A stretch of 64,000 nucleotides of DNA from Actinomycetota bacterium (GCA_014360655.1 JACIXC010000001.1:292715-356714); one strand, 5' to 3'. Counted from the stretch's first letter, positions 18,329 through 27,481 are shown. Translations and numbers: made by a program. Notes: generated by a model from the sequence alone, not told the origin.

Positions 18329-19354
18329 TCATATTATCTCCTGCAGGGGCCTCACCTCGATCATGTCCAGGTTCTCGAAGCTCAGGGGATATCTCCCCTC
18401 CTGGATACCGCGGATGATGTCGGTGACCCTGTCGTTCACCGGGGTGGGAACCCCCACTTCCGCCGACCTGGCCGAGAGATACCCGTTCAGCGTCTCCACC
18501 TCGCAGGGCAAGCCCTTGCGCAGGTCCTGCAGCATGCTGGCGACGAGGTCGCGGTGCCTGCCCCACACCATGCGGATGACGTTGAGCGCGTTCTCCTCGC
18601 TCTCCCTGATGATGTCCAGGAGGATGCCGGGATCCACGCCCTGCATGGGCTCCATGGTTATACCCAGGGCACGCGCCGTCTTGATGGTCTCCACGATGAT
18701 GGACGTCGCCGCCACCAGGGCCTTCTCGTTGTCGAGGATCTCCCCATAGGTGCAGTTAAGGGCCGCTCCGACGCCGCTGAAAGATACGTTGGCCATGAGC
18801 TTGGTCCAGCGTATACCGGCCAGGTTGGTGGTGATCTCCGGCTTTCCGGCCTTCTCGAGGATGGCCTTGATCGCCTGCAGCCGTTCGGTCACCGTGCCGT
18901 CAAGCTCCCCGATATCGTAGGTCATGGCCTCCGTCTCGCTGGTCAGCTCCGACACCCCGGGCTCCAGGAGGGTGGCCCCCCAGCCGATGGCCCCTCCCAG
19001 TGTCCTCTCCCTCCCCACCACCGCGGCGACCCTGTCTTCGGGAACGCCGTTCTGCAGGGTGATGACGGCGCTCTCCTCCCCGATGTAAGGGAGGATCTCG
19101 GGGAGGGCAACGTCGTCGTAGGTGGTCTTCACCACGTAAATGACCAGATCGTATATCCCCTGCATCTCCGCTGGGGTTATGGCCCGCACCGGCACGGTCA
19201 GTTGCATGTGACCGGTTACACGCGCCCCCTTCTCGTTCATGGCTCTCACGTGGGCCTCGTTCACGTCCACCAGGACGATGTCCTCCCCTCCCCGCGTGAG
19301 CAGGGCGCCGATGACGGTGCCCATGGAGCCCGCTCCCACCAGAGCTATCCTCAT
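18329..19354 (-). CDS. panE: 2-dehydropantoate 2-reductase (ketopantoate reductase, PanE/ApbA family)
   Basis: N-terminal Rossmann motif IALVGAGSMG. A family-typical Lys is in the TTYDDV region. The C-terminal PanE domain contains ETLNG. The start was chosen at the ATG with a GGGAGGG RBS. Confidence 0.7.
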   Translation of the reverse strand: MRIALVGAGSMGTVIGALLTRGGEDIVLVDVNEAHVRAMNEKGARVTGHMQLTVPVRAITPAEMQGIYDLVIYVVKTTYDDVALPEILPYIGEESAVITLQNGVPEDRVAAVVGRERTLGGAIGWGATLLEPGVSELTSETEAMTYDIGELDGTVTERLQAIKAILEKAGKPEITTNLAGIRWTKLMANVSFSGVGAALNCTYGEILDNEKALVAATSIIVETIKTARALGITMEPMQGVDPGILLDIIRESEENALNVIRMVWGRHRDLVASMLQDLRKGLPCEVETLNGYLSARSAEVGVPTPVNDRVTDIIRGIQEGRYPLSFENLDMIEVRPLQEII

Positions 19355-19690
19355 ATCCATCCCTCCCTCGCTCGCGACACGGACCTCCCGTCTTTAACTT
19401 CCGCCCCTTCGGCCGGCCTCCCTCCCGTGAAGTAACGCGCCCGTGTCTCCTTCTCTCGTGCCACGCTCATATTATAAGCGTATGGGCGCCCCGGGCGCCC
19501 TGTGCGTCGCCCGCGGCCGCGTTCCACCCCGGCGACCGCCCGGCGATGCAATGCCGCGTGCTGCGACCGTTGCGATGGCACGTGCTGCGACCGTTGCGAT
19601 GGCGCGCCGCCGCAGAAGCGCGCCTGCTGCGTGACCGCGCGGCCGCGTTCCTTCCCATCTGGTAGAATCTTTTTACGGAGGTGGGAACAG

Positions 19691-20341
19691 GTGAAGCTTC
19701 GCGGGACCCTTCTCCCGACGATCGTTTTCCTCATTGCCGCATCGCTACTGGCATTTCCAGCCGGCGGATGCCTCGGCGGCAGCGTTTCCGGCACGCAGGA
19801 ACGCAACGCCGAGGACAGCGCGCGCCTGGCGCTGGAGCTCGCGGAGCACGTGCGGTACGTGAGGGACAACGCGTCCCAGCTCGCCTCCCTGATCCACAGG
19901 TACATAAACGAGGAGAGGAAGAAGCGCGGCCTGCGCGACCTGCAGTGGGACCAGCAGCTGGCCCAGATCGCCTACGCCCACAGCAAGGACATGTCGGACC
20001 GGGACTACTTCGACCACGTCAGCCCGGAGGGCGAGGACTTCTCCGCCCGCTACCGCAAGAACGGCTACACCCTGCAGACGCGCGTGGGGGACCAGGTCTA
20101 CGTGGGAGGGGAAAACCTCTTCCTCAACAACGTGGTGGCCTCCTACACCTACGACCAGCTCAGCGGGGAGGTGCTCTCCTATACGTTCAACGACCTCGAA
20201 AAGCTGGCACGCTCCACCGTGGACGGCTGGATGGACAGCCCCGGACACCGCGAGAACATCCTCACCCCCTTCTCGCGAGAGGGGATCGGCATCTTCGTCA
20301 ACGGCGAGGGCGAGGTCTATATCACGGAGAACTTCTCATGA
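19691..20341 (+). CDS. CAP (SCP/PR1-like, YkwD-type) domain lipoprotein
   Basis: A GTG start has a GGAGGTG RBS 8 nt upstream. The signal peptide and lipobox read LLAFPAGGC. The CAP motifs LQWDQQLAQIAYAHSKDM and GENL...GHRENIL are present. Confidence 0.7.
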   Translation: MKLRGTLLPTIVFLIAASLLAFPAGGCLGGSVSGTQERNAEDSARLALELAEHVRYVRDNASQLASLIHRYINEERKKRGLRDLQWDQQLAQIAYAHSKDMSDRDYFDHVSPEGEDFSARYRKNGYTLQTRVGDQVYVGGENLFLNNVVASYTYDQLSGEVLSYTFNDLEKLARSTVDGWMDSPGHRENILTPFSREGIGIFVNGEGEVYITENFS

Positions 20342-21564
20342 ACCAGGCTCGAGGGTTGCAAGCGCATGCGCCTGCCGCCGGGGATGACCACGGCGAAAGG
20401 CTGCTGGTCAGGGATTTCGTGCTCGTGTGCGTCAGCAATTTCCTGGCATTTTTTTCTATATACATGATCATCCCCGTGCTCCCCGTCTTCCTGGAGGATA
20501 GGGGCTACAGCAATGCCCTCATCGGGGCCATCATGTCCATGGCCACGGTGGCCGCCCTGCTGCGCCCCATGCTGGGGCGAGCAGCGGACCGGCATGGCCG
20601 CAAGCTCGTCTTCGCCTGGGGGACCGCCTTGCTGGGGGCCTCCACCTTCCTCTACGCAGCCTTCGGGTCCGCCCTCCCCCTGTTCATCATCCGTTTCCTC
20701 AACGGCCTGGGCCTGGCAGCCTTCCATACCGCGGCCTACGCCATGGTGGGCGACCTGGCTCCTCCGCGGCGCCGCCTGCAGGCCATCGCCCTCTTCTACA
20801 TATCCGTCGACGTGACCATCGCCCTGGCTCCCCTGGCCGCGGAGGCCATGAAGGAGAGCTGGGGCTTCACGCCCCTCTACCTCGTCGCGGGATCCGTCGC
20901 CGTGCTCTCCTTCCTCTCCACGCTGATAATCCGGGAGAGCGGTGCGCAGGGCGAAGGAACGGGCCCCGGCAGGGAGCGCCACGCACGCATCACGAGCCTG
21001 CAGCGGGCCATATACACGGCGGTACTGGGATTCACCATGACCTTTGGCGCCCTGCAGACCTTCATCGTCCTCTCGTCGCTGGAACACGGCATCGAGCAGG
21101 GCGAGCTCTTCTTCACGGTCTTCGCCGCCACCCTCATCGTGTTCCGGTTGGGCGTGGGGAAGAGGGCGGACCGCATCTCCCGCCGACCCCTCATCCTCTT
21201 CTCCGCCTTCGTGACCCTTGCCGGGCTGATCGTACTCGCCTTTTCCGCCAACCTGGCCCTGCTCATCCTGGGAAGCTTCATCTACGCCGTCGGGTTCGCC
21301 TACCTGCCCACCACCCTCTCCGCGCTACTCCTCGACCACACCCCGCCCGATTCCAGGGGCCTCGCCCTGGGGATATTCATGGCGGTCTTCGACGGCGGCA
21401 TCGGCCTGGGCGGCATCGCCCTGGGCCCCCTCGCCGACCTCTGGGGATACGCAGCGATGTACGTGACAAGCGGTTGTCTTGCGGCCGCAGGCCTCCTCTA
21501 TTTCTACGCGCGGACATCGGGACGGCTCGAGGCATCCGCTGAGAAGGCTGGCGTGGAGGGCTAG
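20338..21564 (+). CDS. MFS transporter
   Basis: The ATG at 20338 overlaps the CAP-gene stop (ATGA). There are about 12 hydrophobic segments and the MFS motif GRAADRHGRK. The track ORF 19681..21564 is an in-frame read-through artefact. Confidence 0.75.
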   Translation: MNQARGLQAHAPAAGDDHGERLLVRDFVLVCVSNFLAFFSIYMIIPVLPVFLEDRGYSNALIGAIMSMATVAALLRPMLGRAADRHGRKLVFAWGTALLGASTFLYAAFGSALPLFIIRFLNGLGLAAFHTAAYAMVGDLAPPRRRLQAIALFYISVDVTIALAPLAAEAMKESWGFTPLYLVAGSVAVLSFLSTLIIRESGAQGEGTGPGRERHARITSLQRAIYTAVLGFTMTFGALQTFIVLSSLEHGIEQGELFFTVFAATLIVFRLGVGKRADRISRRPLILFSAFVTLAGLIVLAFSANLALLILGSFIYAVGFAYLPTTLSALLLDHTPPDSRGLALGIFMAVFDGGIGLGGIALGPLADLWGYAAMYVTSGCLAAAGLLYFYARTSGRLEASAEKAGVEG

Positions 21565-21687
21565 ACCGGGAGGGTCATTGTGGCCGTTCCCCACAGGCGT
21601 TAAACTAACCCCATCAACATGCCATACGGCAGCGCGGGCAGGCAGGGTCAGCGGTCTTTCGCTGTCCGGGGAAGAGGGAGGTACGCC

Positions 21688-22512
21688 TTGGCGGTCGCTT
21701 ACAGTGAAAGATCGGTCGAGGTCAACGGACTGGAGATATACTACCGCGAGTACGGTCCCGGCGATCGCTCCCGCGAGCCGCTGCTGCTCATCATGGGCCT
21801 GAGCGGCAACGCCGACTGGTGGGACCCCCTCCTCCTGGAACTCCTGTCGCAGCGCTTTCACGTGGTCACCTTCGACAACCGCGGAGCCGGCAGGTCGGGC
21901 AAGCCGTCTGGACCTTATTCCATCGCGCAGATGGCGGAAGACGCGGCGGGCCTCATGGACCACCTGGGCTGGGCCTCTGCACACGTGCTCGGGATGTCCA
22001 TGGGGGGGATGATCGCCCAAGAGCTCGCCCTCCAGTACCCCGACCGCGTCAGGAAGCTCGTGCTGCTGGTAACCACCTGCGGCGGCAGGGAACACGTGCA
22101 GCCCGGACAGGAAGTCCTGAAGATGCTCCTCCCCGAGGAGGGCATGAACCTCGAGCGCATGGCCGAGACCACCTTAAAGCTGCTCTTCCCCCAGTCCTTC
22201 ATCGACGCGAACCCGGTGGCCGCGGAGGAGATGAAGCGAGCCGTGCTCAGGGCGCCTATTCCCACGCGGTGTTTCCTCGCCCAGTTCAACGCCATCGTCA
22301 CCTGGTCGGACTTCCCGCGCCTGAAGGATATCCGGCAGGAGACCCTTATCATCACCGGATCGGAGGACATCCTGGTCCCGCCCGAAAATTCTCGTATCCT
22401 GGCGAGGGAGATACCGAACAGCCGCCTGCTGGAGTTCCCCGGCGGAGGTCACGGCCTCATAGGGCAGTTTCCGCGGGAGGTGGCGGAGGAGGTCATCGCT
22501 TTCCTGGCCTGA
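21688..22512 (+). CDS. Alpha/beta hydrolase fold protein
   Basis: The nucleophile elbow GMSMGG and the HGG-like LIMGLSGN motif are present, with a C-terminal GGHGL. The TTG start at 21688 (GGGAGG RBS) is preferred over the RBS-less ATG at 21619. Confidence 0.65.
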   Translation: MAVAYSERSVEVNGLEIYYREYGPGDRSREPLLLIMGLSGNADWWDPLLLELLSQRFHVVTFDNRGAGRSGKPSGPYSIAQMAEDAAGLMDHLGWASAHVLGMSMGGMIAQELALQYPDRVRKLVLLVTTCGGREHVQPGQEVLKMLLPEEGMNLERMAETTLKLLFPQSFIDANPVAAEEMKRAVLRAPIPTRCFLAQFNAIVTWSDFPRLKDIRQETLIITGSEDILVPPENSRILAREIPNSRLLEFPGGGHGLIGQFPREVAEEVIAFLA

Positions 22513-22599
22513 AGCCGCTCGTTTCTGGCCCAGAATCTCTCGTTTCTGGCACAGACTATATTCACCCCGCCTGCGGGCGCGCCTGCCCGCCCCGAAAAG

Positions 22600-23030
22600 C
22601 TCCTTTTGCTCTCGGACCTGTCATCGCGAGCGTCCTTACCTGTCATCGCGAGCGTCCTTACCTGTCATCGCGAGCGGAGCGAAGCAATCTCAAAGAAGCA
22701 TGTCATCGCGAGGAGGGGTTTGAATGTCATCGCGACGTCCTTACCTGTCATCGCGAGGAGCGGAGCGACGAAGCGATCTCATCCGGAAAAAACGTCTCCG
22801 CCGTGAAGGCGCTGCCGGGCAACATGTCCCATTATGCGTACGAGATTGCTTCGCCGGCGCTTCGCGCCTCCTCGCAATGACATTCTGAAGAACACGCCTT
22901 CGCGCCTCCTCGCAATGACATTCTGAAGAACACGCCTTCGCGCCTCCTCGCAATGACATTCTAAAGAACACGCCTTCGCGCCACCGTGCCATGACTTTCT
23001 TGTAACGCGCGACCACGCGATGACATCGTT
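22600..23030. repeat. Dense array of GTCATYGCGAG-family repeats in both orientations: 3 x 22-bp units, variants, then 3 x 38-bp units
   Basis: ctgtcatcgcgagcgtccttac occurs three times contiguously at 22617-22680. The full 34-bp element lies at 22747-22780. Three tandem 38-bp units cgcctcctcgcaatgacattctgaagaacacgccttcg lie at about 22870-22985. The array sits in a convergent intergenic region. Confidence 0.85.
22747..22780 (+). repeat. Dispersed 34-bp element GTCATCGCGAGGAGCGGAGCGACGAAGCGATCTC, copy 1
   Basis: Identical to the 34 bp at 50398-50431. Confidence 0.9.
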
Positions 23031-23051
23031 TGATTCAGCCCAGCATGTGCG

Positions 23052-24248
23052 CTAAGCCTGCCCCTCCATTTTCCTCAACCGCAGGGTGGGCACCTCCTCG
23101 CAGGTGATCACCTCCTCCAGCCGTGCCCTCCGCGACTCGTCGAGGGAACCGCTGGAGAGCAGGGAAGCGAGCTTCTGCGCGTTGAGGACGCTGACTTTTT
23201 CCCACACGCCCTCACGCTTGAGCGCCTCCTCCACGGCCTCCCTTTCCGCGCTGCCGGGAGGCGGCAGCTTCGGTCTCATCTCGCGCCTTATGCTCAGGAC
23301 CTTGAAGCTGCCCCGGATGTTGTCCACGCCGTGGAAGTCGGCGAACTCCAGCAGCTCCCGGCGCAGCAGCTCTATCTGGTCCTCCGCCTCTTTCTTTCTC
23401 GCCTGCCACTCCGCGTACTGGTCCACGAGCTGTATGCCCCTGTCCATCCCCAGCTCGCGCACGGGGAGGGAGGCGGTCATGAAAAGGTGCTTGCGCCTGG
23501 GGCAATACTCCTGAAACTCGCACCACTCGCAGAGCTCGCTCTCCCGTGGTGGAAATTCCTGGGAGCTCTCGATGCGCTGCACCACCTCCACGGCTGCGGC
23601 GGCCACCCCGTCAAGGTCGCGCCGCTCTCTCTTCAGGCGCAGTTCGCGCCCGAAGACCAGGTAGTGCCAGACCAGCTCCACCTCCCGGGCATCGGGGAAG
23701 GCCTTCTCCACGGCGAGCTGGTAGAGGCTGAGCTGCCGGTCTTTCTCCAACTGTTCCCGGGTGGGCAGTGTCTGGGAGGTCTTATAGTCATGGATCTCGT
23801 AGCGTCCTTCCTCCAGCCCGTCCAGCCTGTCCAGGACTCCCACGAAATCGATCTGCCTTCCCTCCGCGTCGTAGAGGGGAATCCTGACCATCTTCTCGAG
23901 CCAGATGGGGACACCGCCGGTGAACGGGTGATAACGGGCGTAGTATTCCTGCACGCAGCGCAGGCCCGTTTCCCGGTAATCCTCGGCCCGGTACTCGCTC
24001 CTCACGATGAAGATGTCGTCACCGAAACCGGCCTCCCACTGGTCGAGGAAATACCTGCCCACCTCCTCCGGACCCGGCAGGCGGGACATGCGGAGGTCCC
24101 TGTACAGCTTCTCCAGCGTGGCATGGACCACGGAGCCCATGAAAGCTTCGATGCCGCGCCGGCCCGCCTTTATGCGCTCCAGGTATTGCAGCCTGTACTT
24201 GAGCGGGCAGGCCTCGAAGGTCTCCAGCTGGCTGTGCGAGTAAGTCAC
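23052..24248 (-). CDS. PD-(D/E)XK nuclease superfamily protein (RecB/Cas4-like, Fe-S cysteine cluster)
   Basis: The GTG start (MTYSHSQLETFEACPLKY...) is preceded by AGGAGGTG. A Cys sits in the N-terminal motif and a C-terminal CEWCEFQEYC cluster is typical of Cas4/AddB-type nuclease domains. Catalytic-like D...EIHDYK-type residues are present. Confidence 0.7.
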   Translation of the reverse strand: MTYSHSQLETFEACPLKYRLQYLERIKAGRRGIEAFMGSVVHATLEKLYRDLRMSRLPGPEEVGRYFLDQWEAGFGDDIFIVRSEYRAEDYRETGLRCVQEYYARYHPFTGGVPIWLEKMVRIPLYDAEGRQIDFVGVLDRLDGLEEGRYEIHDYKTSQTLPTREQLEKDRQLSLYQLAVEKAFPDAREVELVWHYLVFGRELRLKRERRDLDGVAAAAVEVVQRIESSQEFPPRESELCEWCEFQEYCPRRKHLFMTASLPVRELGMDRGIQLVDQYAEWQARKKEAEDQIELLRRELLEFADFHGVDNIRGSFKVLSIRREMRPKLPPPGSAEREAVEEALKREGVWEKVSVLNAQKLASLLSSGSLDESRRARLEEVITCEEVPTLRLRKMEGQA

Positions 24249-24472
24249 CGCGCTTTCACCTCCTGAGAGAATGATACCCCGCACCCATGACAAGTCAGTA
24301 AGCCCCTCGTCTTCCCTCGCCTCACCTTCTCCTGCCCTCCCGGCAGGGCGGGCGACCTTCCCTCCGGGCAAGCGCCGTGGGAGCGAGGCGAACGCGGAGA
24401 TGCGTCAAGAGTCTGCAAGAAAAAAGCGGCGGGCCCGCATCCGGCCCGCCGCCACGTTCTCCCTGGGTCTCG

Positions 24473-25078
24473 TTACGCCTCTTCCAACTCCTTGACCATC
24501 TTCAGCAGCCTCCTGCGGCGTGCTTTCACCACCCCCTTGACCACCCGATACCCGAGGTAGGCGCCGACCAGGTAGGGAAGGACCGGCTTCACTTGCCGTA
24601 TCACCTCCTGGACCTGCCTCTGTTTTTCCTCGGCTTCCTGCCTGGCGATCTCCTGCAGCTCCCCGACGGTCTCCTTCATCTCCTCCGTGGTTCCCTTGAT
24701 CTCCTCCACGAACTCGGATCCCACCACGGGCATCTCCCTGGCGCCCTTCTTTATGGTCTTCACGCCCACTGCTACCACCACGCCTCCGAAGAGAAAGGCG
24801 CCGATGACCACGATGAGCGAGGAGAGCCACAGCCGGTCCAGGGCGATGTTCAAGAGGAGCATCAGCACCGCCAGGATGTACACCGCGGCCACCGCTATCA
24901 CCGAAACCCCGAAGATGGCGATGGCCACCCCTATACCGATGCGCTTGCCCCCCTCCTTAGCCTTCTCCTTGACTTGCTTCCCCTCGGGGCCGCTGAGCCT
25001 GGCGACCTGGCTGCGAATCCTTGCGGTCAAGTGCATCAGGTGCTGCACCCGCGACTTCACCTCGGATATCCTGCTCAC
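24473..25078 (-). CDS. Phage-holin-family-like small membrane protein (Actinobacterial holin-X type)
   Basis: The GTG start is preceded by AAAGGAGG. The N-terminus is charged. Two adjacent transmembrane helices (IGIGVAIAIFGVSVIAVAAVYILAVLMLLL / LIVVIGAFLFGGVVVAVGV) are followed by a charged coiled-coil C-terminus. Confidence 0.6.
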   Translation of the reverse strand: MSRISEVKSRVQHLMHLTARIRSQVARLSGPEGKQVKEKAKEGGKRIGIGVAIAIFGVSVIAVAAVYILAVLMLLLNIALDRLWLSSLIVVIGAFLFGGVVVAVGVKTIKKGAREMPVVGSEFVEEIKGTTEEMKETVGELQEIARQEAEEKQRQVQEVIRQVKPVLPYLVGAYLGYRVVKGVVKARRRRLLKMVKELEEA

Positions 25079-25297
25079 GCAACCTCCTTTCTTCGCGTTC
25101 CCCTCCTACCGGCACCGATAGCGAGCGGCGCCGACATCTTCGCCTGCCCCGGCCTCCGTAGCGCCGCGGCGCCGCGTAAATCTCCTCACGTGAGGCCGGC
25201 AAGCCCGGGTATAACTTCGCCCGGGACAGAACGATGACCTTTTCGCCCCTTGCAGCCCACGAGAGGTCCTGTCCAGCCAACCCACGTGCTTCCTGTT

Positions 25298-25399
25298 CCC
25301 GCGGGCCTGTTTCCGGTTTAATGCAACCCAGCTTGCTCAGTCTGCCCCGAACCCTAACGAGGTCCCGGCTTGCGCCCGCGGGCCTGTTTCCAGTTTAAT
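25298..25399. repeat. Two 25-bp direct repeats (cccgcgggcctgtttccRgtttaat) spaced 77 bp apart, upstream of the membrane-protein gene
   Basis: The copies lie at 25298-25322 and 25375-25399 with one mismatch. The second copy ends 21 bp before the ATG at 25421. Confidence 0.8.
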
Positions 25400-25420
25400 A
25401 CCAGAGGGTATAAAAAAGCT

Positions 25421-25834
25421 ATGTCGCAGGGAAACTGGATAGTATTCGTGCACTTCATCGCCATTTGGCTCAGCGTGATCACCAGCCTGGTGGCGGGATG
25501 GTCCCTTTCCATCCACAACTACGTCTCCTTTCCCGTCGGTTGCATGGTCTGGTTGCTGGGGCTGCTGATCAACCTGCGCCAGCTGCGTGATTTCCGCATG
25601 TCACCCACGACCCGTCGCAGGCAATATTCCCAGATCAGCCACCAGAGGATCGCCGCCCGCACCATCATGAACGTGGGCATAGCCCTCGCCTTCCGCTCGT
25701 GGTTCACCTTGCTCGTGGCCGGGCTCCTCATCCCCATGTACATATCCGCGGCCAGGAAACGCAGGGCTTACCTCGATTACCTGCGCACGGGGATGCTCAG
25801 CGACGCCTTTCCCCACCGCGTGAAGCGACACTGA
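25421..25834 (+). CDS. Hypothetical small membrane protein (4 predicted TM segments)
   Basis: ORF trimmed to MSQGNWIVFV... Hydrophobic segments are visible. There is no family assignment. Confidence 0.5.
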   Translation: MSQGNWIVFVHFIAIWLSVITSLVAGWSLSIHNYVSFPVGCMVWLLGLLINLRQLRDFRMSPTTRRRQYSQISHQRIAARTIMNVGIALAFRSWFTLLVAGLLIPMYISAARKRRAYLDYLRTGMLSDAFPHRVKRH

Positions 25835-25859
25835 TCCACGGGGCCCGGGGCGAGCGCTC

Positions 25860-27182
25860 TTACCGCTCTCCCTGGTTGTCTCCGGTTATTTCCGGCCAGA
25901 AGCGGGCCACCATGTCCAGGGCCAGGGCCGGCCAGCAGAAATCGGGGATGCGCCTGCCGGACCCGTCCCGCGAGTCGTAGAACTCCCAGAAACCCTCTCG
26001 GAGCACCATCCTCACCACCCGCCGCGTGATCTCCCGCGCCACGTCCCGGTACCCGTACTCATCCAGGGCGATGGCCAGCATCCAGCAGAAGTTAACCCAC
26101 ACGCAGTGGCCGGCCCAGAGGCGGCTCTCCACCCACCTCCCCTCCCTCTCCAGCTCGTCCAGGGGGTTGAAGGGAACAGGGTAGGGGGTGAAGAACTCCC
26201 TTGGGTTCAGGAGGTGGTCCTCGATGAGACGGCCCGCCCTCTCGCCGCCGCACAGGCCCCCGAAGAGGGGCATGAGGGAATCGGCGGTCTTCCTCCTCGC
26301 CAGGCGGGGATCGCGGAAGCCGAAGCGCGGGAAGTAGCAACCCACCGTTTCGTCCCAGCACAGCTCGTCCAGGGCCTCCATCATCGCCCGGGCCCTTTCC
26401 CCATACCGCCTCTCCCTCTCCGCGTCACCCAGCTCGTGCGCCAGCTCGGCCATGCTGCGGCAGGCGCGCACGGTCAGGCAGTTGACGGTGAGCTCCTGGC
26501 ACACGAAGCGGTCGGCCCGGGCCAGCTTTCCGGGATCCCACCCGTGGACGCGGTTGAAGGCGAAGAGGACGGTGGGGTAGAGATCGGAGCGCAGCAGGCT
26601 CCGCATCTCTCCCCTTTCCAGCCCCATGGCGCTGAAGAACTGTGGGGACATGTCCGTCCCCGATTCCCAGGGGTGGAAGATGGTCACCAGGCCGTCGCCG
26701 AAGACGTTCCGTTCCTCCAGGAGGAAGTCAAGGCTCCGGCACATGTTGGGCCACAGCCCCTTCAGCCACCCCCGGTCCCCGGTGCTCTCGTACACCAGCT
26801 GCGCGGCGTAGTGGTAGCTGGGGGGGTCGATCATGTAGGAGGCCCCCCGGCGGTCGAACTCCCAGCGCACCAGCCAGGTCTGCAGGTGGCGCAGGCGGGG
26901 GTGCTCCGTGCGGTGGGGCAGCAGCACCTCGTGGGGGAGGTGGCCGTCCTCCCGCACCTGGCGGAAGAGGGTCTCCAGCTCCCGGGCCGCCTTGCGGGCG
27001 TCGATGTGGCGCATGGCCACGGCGTGGAAGCCGCTGTCCCACCCGAAGAGGGATGGGTAGTGGTGGTAGGAGGGCATGTGGTAGTAGATGTCCCCCTCGT
27101 CCACCTCGTTCAGGGCGAGGACGCGCCCGGATTCCTCCAACAGCCTCCGCCAGTCCTCACGCGTCAGCGGCGCGCGGTCCAT
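25860..27182 (-). CDS. Glycoside hydrolase family 63-like (mannosylglycerate/glucosylglycerate hydrolase-like, six-hairpin) protein
   Basis: Trimmed to MDRAPLTREDW... The length and motifs (ESGTDMSPQF, WAGHCVWVNFCW) fit GH63/MGH-type enzymes. Its start overlaps the stop of the upstream small ORF (TGATG). Confidence 0.6.
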   Translation of the reverse strand: MDRAPLTREDWRRLLEESGRVLALNEVDEGDIYYHMPSYHHYPSLFGWDSGFHAVAMRHIDARKAARELETLFRQVREDGHLPHEVLLPHRTEHPRLRHLQTWLVRWEFDRRGASYMIDPPSYHYAAQLVYESTGDRGWLKGLWPNMCRSLDFLLEERNVFGDGLVTIFHPWESGTDMSPQFFSAMGLERGEMRSLLRSDLYPTVLFAFNRVHGWDPGKLARADRFVCQELTVNCLTVRACRSMAELAHELGDAERERRYGERARAMMEALDELCWDETVGCYFPRFGFRDPRLARRKTADSLMPLFGGLCGGERAGRLIEDHLLNPREFFTPYPVPFNPLDELEREGRWVESRLWAGHCVWVNFCWMLAIALDEYGYRDVAREITRRVVRMVLREGFWEFYDSRDGSGRRIPDFCWPALALDMVARFWPEITGDNQGER

Positions 27183-27409
27183 CACTGCGCGGGCGGCTCC
27201 TGGTAGGCCGGTACCCCGTACACCTTCTCGTAGGCGCGGCACCAGGGGCAGACCTTGAGACCCGCCTCCAGCTTGACCAGCTGGTAGAAGATGCCCTTCC
27301 CCTTCTTCCTCCCCAGCTTGCATAGGGTGCACTTGTCACGGCAGAAGGCAGCCCTCCGCAAGGTCTTCTCATCCCACTGCCCGCTCTCGACCCTCTCGCC
27401 GCTCTCCAT
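27182..27409 (-). CDS. Small Cys-rich (zinc-ribbon-like) protein, translationally coupled to the GH63-like gene
   Basis: 75 aa (MESGERVESGQW...) with the Cys pattern CRDKCTLC...CPWC. A strong GAGGGGAGGAG RBS precedes it. The stop overlaps the downstream ATG. Confidence 0.55.
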   Translation of the reverse strand: MESGERVESGQWDEKTLRRAAFCRDKCTLCKLGRKKGKGIFYQLVKLEAGLKVCPWCRAYEKVYGVPAYQEPPAQ

Positions 27410-27448
27410 GTCTCCTCCCCTCGGAGTCGCGTCTTCAACCTTCGACCC

Positions 27449-27481
27449 AAGTTTACATCCTTTCCCCGCCTTCCCCGCAAG
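27449..27481 (-). promoter_or_regulatory. Conserved 33-bp upstream motif, copy 1 (minus-strand sense CTTGCGGGGAAGGCGGGGAAAGGATGTAAACTT)
   Basis: It matches copy 2 at 29117-29149 at 32 of 33 positions. It sits about 40 bp upstream of the small-ORF/GH63 operon start. Confidence 0.6.

Noticed and set aside
19681-21564. 627-aa ORF suggesting a CAP-MFS fusion
   Set aside because: This frame is not the CAP-domain gene: that gene is in the frame of ORF 19502..20341 and ends at the TGA at 20339-20341. The MFS gene begins at the ATG at 20338, with GGAG upstream. The upstream part of this frame is Arg/Gly-rich junk.
22600-23030. Possible CRISPR array (many short direct repeats, next to a Cas4-like nuclease)
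   Set aside because: Units are contiguous or separated by 10-27 bp segments that are themselves repeated. There are no unique 30-40-bp spacers and repeat orientation is mixed. No cas genes are present in the window.
24249-24371. N-terminal 41-aa extension of the PD-(D/E)XK nuclease (MPGGKVARPAGRAGEGEARED...)
   Set aside because: The extension is low-complexity with no RBS. An internal GTG with a perfect AGGAGGTG RBS begins exactly at the conserved nuclease N-terminus.
26106-27206. 366-aa plus ORF and the Pro/Arg/Gly-rich ORF 26642..27325
   Set aside because: They are antisense to the GH63-like gene and low in complexity.
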